IMG/VR virus record: IMGVR_UViG_3300037634_004069
Span: 14,763-78,762 of that record
Source: a virus
Lineage: Duplodnaviria; Caudoviricetes
DNA: 64,000 bases
Reading direction: 5' to 3' (one strand)
This document shows positions 29,044-41,000 of this stretch, one piece after another. The notes under the pieces are model-generated. The model did no database searches. It was not told where the DNA came from and worked only from the letters and a program-made list of their open reading frames with translations. Position 1 is the stretch's first letter, and the number at the start of each line of letters is the position of its first letter. The translations under genes were made by a program, and so were the position numbers.

Positions 29044-32000
29044 ATGTCAGATAGCAATTCCGATAATATCTTGAATAATTTATATGCAGATGAGACATTT
29101 AATGACTCTGCATTACCTTATACAGACCCTGAAGAAGAGAATGGAACAGACCCTGTAATATCTAATTTATATTCAGAAGATGAGCTTGTTTTAGAACAAA
29201 ATCCTTTAGATATTTTAAATATACAGTCTCAAGCAGATGCAACTTCTCCTGTAGAAACCCCAATAATAAATGTACCTGAAGAATTTGGATCGTCTCAATA
29301 TGATAAAAATGCTAGCCGAGCGTATCAACTTAATAACCTTGAAGAGTTAAGGGGTAGAAATCAAACCGGATGGGATAAGTTCGGAAACTTTGTACCAAGA
29401 TTTATCGGGGGTGTAGGTACAAATGTAGTAGGAGGTCTAGGCGGTGTAGGTTATGGGATATTAAAAACTATGTACAAAGCAGCTGAAGCTCCTTTTACAG
29501 ATAAAGACGATTCTGCAGCAGAAATAGTAAGAAACATTTGGGATAATGAACTCTTTGATGGATTAGATTATATTAATGAGGAATTATCTGAAAACCTTCC
29601 TTTCTATTACACACAACAAGAAAAAGAAGCAAGCCTGTTTGGTCAAATGGCCTATGGTAATTTCTGGGCAGATAAGTTTGCAAATGGGCTTACTTTTATT
29701 ACAGGTGCGGTTTTAACTGAGCTTGCAGCAGTAGGTCTTGGTGGTCTTATAGGTAGTGTTGTACCAGGAGCAGGTACTGTAGCAGTAGGAGGCGCCGCAG
29801 CAGCAGGTAATGCAATGCGTTTAACACGTCAAGCAACTAAGATATTTAAAAATATAGGGAGGGCAACTGTACCTAGAAAAGTAATAGAGGCAGGAAAAAA
29901 AGTTGCTCAAAGTAGAAAGACTCTTGATGCTTTAAAAATAGGGAGACAGATGATGACTGGTGCGGGGTACGAGGCATCTATTGAAGCTAAACACGGATAC
30001 GATGTAGCTTTAAATACTCTATTAACAGAAAACTTTGGAGATAGAATAGCTTTAGGGGAGCAAGAGGCTGGAAGAGCTTTAACTATAGAGGAAAAAGGAA
30101 ATCTTTTAACTCCTCAAGAAAGAGCAGAGATATTTGAAACTGCCGCTTCTATATCAAACTTCCAATTTGCAGGTAACTTGCTTCTTGTAGGAGTGGGTAA
30201 TATGATAACCTTACCGGGGCTTTACGGAGCTGGAGTAATGAGTCGTATGAATAAATCTGCAGCAAAAAGTAGCTTATATACAAAAGCTAAGGATGCCCTT
30301 GGATTTTCTGGAGTACCTAAAAGAGATGTACTTCATAAAGCTTTAGGTAAAGCAGGACTTGGAGATAAAGGTATTACAATTACTAGAGGACTTGGATCTT
30401 GGCTAAAAAGATCTCTTTATGAAGGTTTTGTAGAAGAAGGTGGTCAGGGAGTAATGGCTCGAGCATCAGAAGACTACGCTCTTAGAAGTCGTATGGGAGA
30501 TAATGGTACTTTACAACTTATAGGGGAGTGGCATGATGCTTTTGCTAGAGGTTTTGATGAGTCTTATGGTTCTAAAGAGGGTCAAACAGAAATTCTTATA
30601 GGTGCTTTAGCAGCTGCACTTGGTATGCCTGGTCAAGGAGGTAAAGCAGGATGGTACAAAGGTATAGCGTGGACAGGAGATCTTGCATCTCAATCTACTA
30701 AGATGGAAGGTATTCAAGAGTTTGAAGCTGTAAATAAAAAGTTTGCAGATGAATACGCAAGAATAAAAAAGGCAAATCCTTCTCTTGGAGCTAAAATGGA
30801 GCAAACTGCATGGATGATGATGCAGGTAGCTAAAACTAAAGAAGGTCTTGATACAGCAATTGAAAACGGAGATGTAAAAAAAGCTAAAGATTTTGAGTAC
30901 GACAAGTTCTGGGAGTCTGTAATGCTAGCTATAGATAGTAATGATTTTGAATCTTTAGAAACTAAGATCGAGACGGACTTATCAGAGATATCTGATGAAG
31001 CTTTGAAAGAGATGTATAGCTATGAAGATGATATGACAAAAGAAGCTCTTGCTGAAAGGAGAGCATACTTAGCTACCACTATTAAACAAAAGCTTAAAAC
31101 AATAAAAGAAAGCCAAGAGCTTGTAGATTCAGGGTTAAGATTAAATGATATGGATAAGGTTATAGGGCTTGGTAAACCAGGTTCTATGGCGGCTGTTCGT
31201 AGAGAGCTTATACACTATGCTTCTAAGATGGACGAGAATGTTCGTAGAGAAGAGGCTATGATATCAAAACTTGCAGAAATTACTGGAGGTAAAGTGGTAT
31301 CTATAAGTAATGAAATAAGCAGTATTGAATACCAAAACACTGACGGTACTAAAAGAGTACTTCAGATAGGTGCTATGAATGTAGGTAGCACTGTATTTGA
31401 ACACATAGTTGAGTCTAGAAGAAGAATTGAAGACTTAGAGGCCAAAGGAGGAAGTCGTACACAAGTAGAAAACGAGCAACTAAAAGACCTTAAAAACTAC
31501 ATAACAGAGCTTGAAAAAATAGAAGACCAGTCTAAACCGGTATACAATCTTTTACAGGAAGCAGGCAGCGTAACTAATGATGAGCAAGTAGCTGCTTGGG
31601 AAAAAGAATTTCCAGAACAATCTGCTAAACACAAAAAAGAAGTTCATAAAATGATGAAAGATATCCGTGCACTTAGGGCGGATAGAATTGACTTCGCTCA
31701 AAAGTATCAAATGCTTATAGACCCTTCTTTAAGAGAAAAGTACAATAAGCAGATGGAAGCTTCTGCAAATGATCTTAAAAAGAAGATAAAGCAAGAAACA
31801 GAGAAGTTTGAGAAAGAACAAACTAAATCTGAAAAGAGAGTAAAGAAATTTAAAAAGGTAATTGACTATTATAAGCATGAGCTTCTAGAGAGAATGCAAG
31901 AGCTAAATGATGAGCTTACTACAAAACAAGAAAGCCTTCAAGAAGCTATTGAGATTTTAACAGGTATGAAATCTTATGTAGAAAAGCTTAAGAAAAAACC

Positions 32001-35000
32001 TCACCAAAAAAAGTTTAAATACAACAACAAGTTCATTACAAGAGATCAGCTAATTAAAGAAATAGCAACAGCAAAAGAGCTTGTAGATACGGCAGAGAAA
32101 GAGTACACCACATTTGTAAAGGTGACTTATCCTGAACAGCACAGGACAATACATGAGAATATTCAGATTCTAGACATGTTCATGAAAAATGAGCTTGATC
32201 CAGATATGATGCCTCATGAGTTTGAAGAAATCCATGAAGTTCTTTTGAGAAGAGCAGAAAAAGAAGGGTTTACAGCAACGGACTTTGGTGTGCAGTCAGT
32301 AGCTGCAAATCTTATTAAAGACCATGAAAAGTCTATAGAGGATCTTGAAGCTTATAAGAAAGACCTTAAAGCTCATATAGGCGCTCTTAAAAGGGTAATA
32401 AATATTGCAGAGAGTATTGTAGAGGCCAATCCTGGTGTAGAAGTATTTGATGTAGAGGGTAAATGGAAAGATAAATCCTCTCAAGTAAATAAAGTACCTG
32501 TTGAAGCTATTCAAATGGCAATAGACAAACAGGTTGCAGAACTCAAAGAAGTAAATAAAGATATAAAAGAGCTCAAAAAGAATATAAAAGATGTCCAAAA
32601 AACCTACTCTGGATTAAGGCAGATACAGGTGTTTAGGGATCTTTTACGTAGGGTTCCTCTTGCTAAAGAATGGAAGAAAAGAGAAGAGATAGATTATGAC
32701 TCTTTAGAAAATGATTTTACTTCTATGGAGAAAGAGGATGACTTATATAAGCCAGATATTTCTATGCCTGGCTTACATAAAACATCAGGAGCTCATATAG
32801 GATTTAAAATAGACCAAACTGTCTATGAAAAAAGTTTAGAGATCTATCAAAGATTAACAGAGTTACAAGAAAAGAAAAAGAAAAAAGGTAAAGAGCTTAA
32901 TAAAAAGCAACTTAATGAGCTTAAGACCGCTACTAGCCAACTCAATTGGTTTCAGTATATACAAAAAGACAATAAGAATATACTAGGAAGAACTACAGAT
33001 AAAAAAGACAATAATATAAGTTCGAAATATTTTCTAGCATTTATATCTGAAGACACAGTTGTACCTGAAGATGTTGCCAAAGACTTAGAGGGTACATGGT
33101 ATCACCAGAATAATAAGGATGCTAAGTACAAGGATATAAAAGTAGCTCTTGTAAGAAAAGTTATAAATAAAACAACTGGTAGAACATCAATACAGTTTGT
33201 AAGAGACGGGGAGACAAAAGGAGTAGTCTTTACTTCTATTGAAGATCCAACTGTAAAAAATAAAAGAGGGGAGAGCAAGTTCACAAACAAGAAAGATAAC
33301 CTTTCTAAAAGTGAAATAGAGGACATACAAAGAGATTATAATGATAACATAAGGAAAAAAGTAAATAGTACAAATTCACTTATGATAGCTCCAATAACTG
33401 GTAAATCTCCTGGTACTATACTCCTTGATAGAGGTGAAGTAAACTATGCCTCTGACACTATAATGAGTACTAATCTTGAAAATGTAAAAATAGCAATAGG
33501 AAAAGTAATTAAGAATGAAGACCCAGAAGCAGAAGGAGAGTATAAATATGATACTATTAAGTTTGTTAAGAATGCAAACTCTGTTATGGTACGTCCTGGT
33601 CAAATAGTTGCTTATGACCACGTTAGGCACATGCCTATATTTATGAGGAGATCAGAGCTAGGAGAAGAAAGGGCTATTCAAGTACAAAGACTTTTTAGGG
33701 TATTACTAAAAGAATTTGCTGCAGCTAAAGAAAGTGGTAAGTCTAATATAGAGGCTTTAAAACAAGCAGAAAGATTCTCTCTTGAATACGGTGGAGAGAG
33801 TATAACGCTAAGGGCTCAGATTAGATCTATGGTGCATATTTTAAATGCCGAAGATTCTAAATTTCGATTAGCTTACAGGCTAAAAGATAATGACCTTGTA
33901 ATTTACTTCAAAGAAATGGATGAGTATGCCACTCTTGAAGATATAGAGGACAATACTGAAAAAGGAGAAGAGCTTTTAGAGTTTCTTAAAACTAAAAGAC
34001 ATAATGTTCGAGGAACCCTTTTAGAAAATAGTGTTAAAAGAGTAGAGTTTAGTGGGAAAAACAAGAGAACTAACAAACCATATAGTGCTAAAGGAGAGAA
34101 GTATGTAAATAACGCCAAATCAAAATACATAAACGTAGTACTTAATAAGGATTTAACGGTTTCTCAATCTAAATCTACAGAGCATGCTAATTACAATCAC
34201 TTCTTACTTAGTAAAAACACATCCGGAGAGGCTCCTTTATACACAGAAGCTAGACCTTTAAAAGAAGTTTCTTTTACAAACCCTAGAGCAGGGGGAGGGT
34301 ATCTTGTGTATGGCAAAACTCTTATGTCCACTGCAAAATTTGATATAGAAGATCAAGCTGCTCCTGGCGGAAAAGCTGTTTTTTCAAATATAGAGGGTGA
34401 AGATGAGTTTGATCCTGATGATTTTAGCGACGATGTAGGAGGAGATCCTACTGCAGGAAGTTCTTCTGAGTTAGAAGCTTTAGAAAACGCATTAGGGCTT
34501 GACCCAGAGGTTGAAGATGATGTTGTTCCAACAGGGGATCCAGAAGTAGATCCAACAGGAGACCCAGAGGATTTGCCTCCAGGGCTAGCAGACGCACCTT
34601 ATATAAAACAGGATGACTTAGAAAGTATTAAAGCTAAGAAAGCAGCTAAGAAAAAAGCTAAGAAAGAAGCTGAAGAAGCAGCTAAAAAAGAAGCAGAAAT
34701 TGATCCTAGTTCGGAGGTAGAAGGACTTTTTGAAGGTCTTTCTGGTACAGGTACTCTAGAGACAACTCATAAGGGGTTGGGATACACTGACACATTTAAA
34801 GCAGAAGATATTTGGGCAGAAGATCAAGATGGAATTTATAAAGTAACTGTTGGGGGAGGAGATTCTTTGGGGTATTATAACCCATCAGATGGAAGCTTTA
34901 AAACTAGTTCTAGCTTTGATTTTGATTCTGACACCCTTGTATCATGGATGGATAAAACAATAGATGAAGCTGAAGAAGATGAAGCACCTTTTATGCTTGA

Positions 35001-38000
35001 ATCTCAAACTAAAGCATTAGAAGAACTTCTTTCAAGTTACTCTAAAGACACTCAGACAGAAATACAAAGAGCTCTTAAAATGACCTCTTTAGAAATAGCA
35101 ACTTCTGAGGCAGTGCTTGATTCATTAGATGGTAGAGCAGTGGCTCAATTAGTGTCTTTTGGTAAAGTTGTATTAAGTGAACTAGCACCTTCTGGAGCTA
35201 TATTCCACGAAGCTTTTCATAATGTATCTCTATATGTGTTGTCCCCTAAAGATTCTAAAACACTCTATAAGAAGATACGAGAAATACCTGGAGAGACTGT
35301 AACTTATAAAGGGAAGACAAAGAAAATGTCTGACCTTACAAACAAGGAGGCAGAAGAATGGGCGGCTGAAGAGTTCCGTAAGTATATTCTTATGGGTAAA
35401 GACTACAAGTTTGGAGAAGGAACAGTTACAGATACACGTAATATAATTCAGAAATTCTTCGATGCTATTAAGTCTGTACTTAGAAGACTGTTTAGATTAA
35501 ATGAAAACTTTGAATTTGATTCCTCTATAACATCTATAGAAGGTCTGTTTGAATCTATAGACAAAGGTAAGTTTGCTAAAGCAAAAAGACATCAAGGAAG
35601 ATCAGACGCCGGGGTATATAACATGCTTCAAAGCATAGAAGGTTGGAATGATGTTTATACTAATGATATGATATCTAGTATATCAGTAGAGTTAGGTGGA
35701 CTTATAGATAAGCCTTTTAGATATGGTGGAAAAACTTATAAAGTAGAGCTTGGTGAATTGTATACAGGAGATATTTTTAATACTCCAGTAGGCAAAAAGA
35801 GTTTAAATGCTTTGTACTTAAAAGGCATTTCAAACTTGCGGGAAAAGCTAATAACGTTAGAAAACGAGCTTGACAGATTTAGTGAAAGAAAGCCTGCAGT
35901 AACTGAAACTTTAGATAGAATCGGTAGATCTTCTAATGAGAAAAAAGAAACTGTAAAACAAGCTATACGTGCTCATTATGGGTACTTAACTGATATTGGA
36001 TTAGTAAAAGAAGAGGGTGTAGAAGTAGATGAAGAGACTCTTACCTCAAAAGACTGGGTGGATGAGTTAGATGCTTTAACTATATCTCCATCTAAAAGCG
36101 CTTCAGGATTGATCAAACTGATTTTTAGCATGTTTGAAGATCCTAATACTGTTAATAGTACAGGTCTTACAGGGGCATATAATATGTCTACCACTTTAAA
36201 GTCTGCACAGAACCTTCTTGCAGGCAGTACAAGTTTTGCAAATCAAATTAAAAAGCTTAAGCAGAATAAAGAGAAGTTTCCTTGGGCAGCGGATCTTGTA
36301 AAAAGACTAGATATAGATCCTGAAGGTAAAACTTACTCTCAGATAGCACCTAGAATTGCTTTTGCTGTGCACATGGCACAAGTAAAGTTAGATGTGTCTA
36401 TTTCTTCAGTAGAACCTAATGGTCGTATATATACAATGGATCCCGCAAAAGAAGGGGCTCTAAAAAAGATTTCTTATAACTGGACTTCTAGACTTAAAAA
36501 CTTTGGGGCTCAGACAAATAAAAAGTCTAACCATGTAACTTTAGACAAAGACGGTAAAATTCTAATAAATAAAAAAGCAAAATTCAATTTTGTATCTCCA
36601 AAAGGAACACTCATAGAAACTACTATGACAGGGCTTTTTAACAGAGCAAAAAAATCTAATGATGTAGCTACTATAATAGCTCTATACAAACCTTTAGGGA
36701 TAGAGTTTACAGATCCAAAAGCAGTAGAAGAAATATTTACTTTTAATGAAGATGTAGAGAGAGCAGCTTTAGAAAAACGTTTTCCAAATGCGTTTGAAGA
36801 CGAGATTGTTGAGATGCTAGACGAAAAAGAAGAAGAGATAACTCAAGCTTTCTTAGGATTTAAAAAAGACCAAGAATGGATTATTGATGATATCATATCT
36901 AGAAAAGAATCTTTTGCTACAATATTTTCAAGAGATAAGTCTGGAGCTGTTACTAGAGCAAGAGCACTTGCAGATATAGAGTTAACGACAGGAAATAATG
37001 ATGTAGAGTTCCAGTACTTGAATAGTGAGGGTAATATGGAATACTCTATTATAAGAAATCATTACATATCTGCTCTTACAAACTTTGAATACATTGATCT
37101 TGTAGAATACTTTAATCCTGTTTCAAATCCTTTTGCTGCTAATTCTTTAGCGGTCGAAGCTTGGAGAGGAGGAAGTAAGATAGATATTATAAATATGGGT
37201 GGGCTAAGAGCCGACTTATTGGGTGAAATGGGTCAAAAAATATCTAGATTGGCCTCAAACGATGTGGTTACAATGCATTTAAATGCAATCTTAGATGGTA
37301 TATCTATCCTTCCAAGAGCAGCAGACCAAGTAACAGAGTTTGGAATCCGGTTACCTATAGAAATGCCTACCAGAATAAGACAGGGAATGGGTATTTTCTT
37401 AAACTACCTCAAAGATGAAATTGCTGCAACTGCAATTGGAATTGAGGCAGGTAAGAACATTTCAAAGTACAAAGACAACATTAAGAAGTTAAGATTCTTT
37501 GACAGTATCCTTACAGATTCTAGAGGAATAGTTCAAGATTTATTAAGTACTCCAAGACTATTAAAACAGATTCGTAAAGAGATTATGTTTTCAAGTAAAA
37601 AATCTACTTCAGAAATACCTGGAGAAAGCGATTACTTAGAGGCATTTATGATTGAGAATGCAGATGCTTTTGTAAAAGATATAACTGCAAGACTGAATGT
37701 TGATATCGCAAAATTAGATTCATTTTTAGTTGAAAGGGGCCTTTTACAAGAAACAAATGAATCTGGTACTCGAGTACCGTATGCTTTAAGTAGTGAGTTG
37801 TTTCAAGAAGATGCTAATGAGGATCCAGACTTCTCTGATAAAAACATTAATGCTGTTTTAGAAGAGATTGTAGTAAAGCAGTTTATAGGTAAGACTGAGA
37901 CATTTAAAATGTTCTTAGGTGATCCTGCTTTTTATTCTGATATGTTTAAAAGAATTAAAGGTGCTGTAGGTACAAAAACTCTTATGGATCTTAGCCCGGA

Positions 38001-41000
38001 GATTTTAAAGTGGATAGATGATACTCCAGGCCTTCATAGAGCAGATGGAAAGATTGATCTGATAGCTATAAAAGAACCTATGGCTAGAATGTCTGAGGAA
38101 ATTATAGAGATGTACAGTGGTCAAGTAACTCCAGATGTACTTGAACAGTGGAAGAAACCTATAGAAAAAGCTGACGGAGCTTTGTATGTGGACCTTCCTA
38201 CGTACAGACTATTAAAAATAACTTCTGATCAGTGGGATAATAATAGAGAGAGCCAATTCTCTAAATCTATGGGGAATATATCTTCTTCATACGAGGAAGT
38301 AGAAGGAGCTACATTCCCACCAGATAAGTTTCAGTATATGGGTCCTTTTTTAACAGACCTTGGTCCGGCAATGGGATTCCTTAAAATGGCTATTATTCCT
38401 ATATCTAGAGATATGGAGAGCTTTAATGGGGTTGAGTATCCTAACATAAAAAAGGCTCTTGACTATATGGAAGAGAATGGAGTTGGTGGGTTTGTTATAC
38501 CAACAGGAATGAAGATAGGAGGAGCTATAGAAACATCTCAAGTATCTTATGGTATTGAAAATGGGGCTTACGAAGAAATGGAATTTGAAGATCCTGTAAA
38601 AGGATCAAGAATGACTTTTGATCTTAGGTTTATGGGGTCTCAATTAGAAATATCACCATCATTTAAGAATAAAGCTACACGACCTACACAGCAAGCAGTT
38701 CATATATCTTCTGACTTATATGAAGATGGGGTTGCTGTTAGCGAGGAAGCTCTAGAAAAAGACTCCGAGTATCAAAGTCTTATGTCTGCAGCTACTAAGA
38801 ATGCTTTTACAGATATGTTAGAAGAACTATCTATAGAAAAAACTACTGATAAAAACGGTGTAGAAGGATATGGTTTATCTGAAGAATCTTATGAGCTTAT
38901 ACTTGATAAACTAGAAAACCAGGGAATAGAAAAAGATCTTGGTAAATCTATCATGTCTGGAGTATCTTATCTAAAAGAAAAAGGAGGAGCATTTAAATTC
39001 GATTTCTTTGTAGATAGACATAGAATGGAATCTATGTTCCTTAGTGGTATAGGTTCACAAATCATCAAGCCTAAAGTAGCTGGGGAGATGCTTGTAAACA
39101 CACCTGATTTATTTTATGAAGTAAGAAAAATAGGTGATACAATTGCTAGTAACGAGTTGCAGTTTTACGAAAACTCTGATGGTAGATGGGCAATGCAAGT
39201 AAGAATGCCTCACCGGTTTAAAGAGTTATTAGGTAAAAATGTAAAAATTGTAAATGGAACAATATTAGGTGAAGGTATAACTGTACAAAGTTCAGAAGAA
39301 CTTTTAAAAATGATTGGTATACGTATTCCTACAGACGGTATACACTCTGTAGAAGTAATAGAGATAGTAGAGTTCTTACCACAATCTGCAGGACCAAGGA
39401 TTAATGTACCGGCAGGTCTTGTAACTAAAGCAGGTTCTGATTTTGATATTGATAAATTAACTGCACTATTTAAAAATTACAGGGCTTATACAGATGAGAA
39501 AACAGGTGGTGTAATTCTAAGACCAGATAAGTTTTACAATACAGAGGAAGAGTGGTTTGAAGCTAACCAGCGAAGGGTGGCAAACAAACTCAAAGACTTT
39601 GAAGCAATATTTAAAAGAGGATTTGAAAGAAAACTTAAAGATGAGAAAGAGCTTAATGACTTTCTTGCTAAGTTTAAAGATGACCCTCTTCTTGCAAAAG
39701 AGTTTACAGACTTCTTAGAAAGAGATCTAGATATGGACATGGAGAGCTTGTCTTTAGAAAGAAATCTTACAAAAGAAGAAGCTCAGGAAATGTGGGATGG
39801 TATACTTGAGTCTGCAGAAGAGTTCTTTAATATAACATATACTGTTGACCCTACAACTGATGTTACTGAGCAAGAATTTTACGAAAATTTACCTAGAATA
39901 ACTCAAGATTCTAACTCTTATTATAGAGGAACAATTATATCCCCAACTATTGATGCAGAGGGTAATTTAATTATAAAAGGTAGAAAAGATCGTTTGTACG
40001 AAAAAGCAAATTTACCTTCTTACGGAGTCTCTATGGGAGATCGTATGAACACTAGCAAAGAGTATGGAGAAGGTCAATTTAAAAGACGCCTTCAAGAACT
40101 TCGAGATGAATATAATGAGCAAGCTGCAGATGAGTTAGAATATGGAAGTGGCTATTATTTAATACAGGTAGATAAAAGTAAAATAGATAATGAAATCATT
40201 GAAGAGGCGGGAGAAGTAAAAGTTCTAGGAGATTTAAAAATTCCTAAAGGAGCATACAAAATAGAGCTTATTAATCCTGAAGAAAACAAAAGGATTCAGG
40301 ATGTTGAACCTATTGAAAGTGCTGAGGGAATGGAAGAGTTTGGATATGGATTCTTATATGATCTTTTTAACCTTACTCAACCTACAACTGAGGTTACTGA
40401 AGGTGTCTCTGAAGTATTTGAGTCTAATCCTGAACTAGCTAATGTAGGAACAGAACAACAATATTCTGAGTACTTAGATAGTATAGGTGTTACAGAAATA
40501 GCGCACCATCATTCTGAATCAAGTATAGAAGAGTTTAAGACATTTCCTGAAGGGTATTTTCCCAATGAACTAAAGAAAAAAGGAACTCACTATAAGGAGG
40601 CTGATGATGTAGTATTTTTTGTTAAAGAAAAACTTACTGAAGAGTTTATGTCTAAACGACCCAAAGTTGGTACGTGGGGGCTAAAAGCTTCTAATATATT
40701 ACAGTTTAATGGAGGACAGAAGGTAGGAGATGGAGCACATCCTGGAATAGACGAAGGAGTTAAAAAAGGCATAGATGAAGGATATGATGCTGTTGATTTT
40801 GGTAGAATAAGAGACAACAAAACTTGGAGCGAAGTAATTGCTATATTTAATCCTAGAAATGCAGTTAAACTAGGTAGTAAACAAGATATACAAGGATTTA
40901 AAGATTTTGTATCTAAAAAAGGAACAACTAAGGTTGCAGCACTAAATATATCTCCTAAATTATTTACAGATTGGAAAGCCGAAAATCCAACTCTTACTAA

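Noticed and set aside
34520-34580. Degenerate repeat encoding PTGDPEVDPTGDPED
   Set aside because: Ordinary low-complexity linker duplication; not an array or a DGR.
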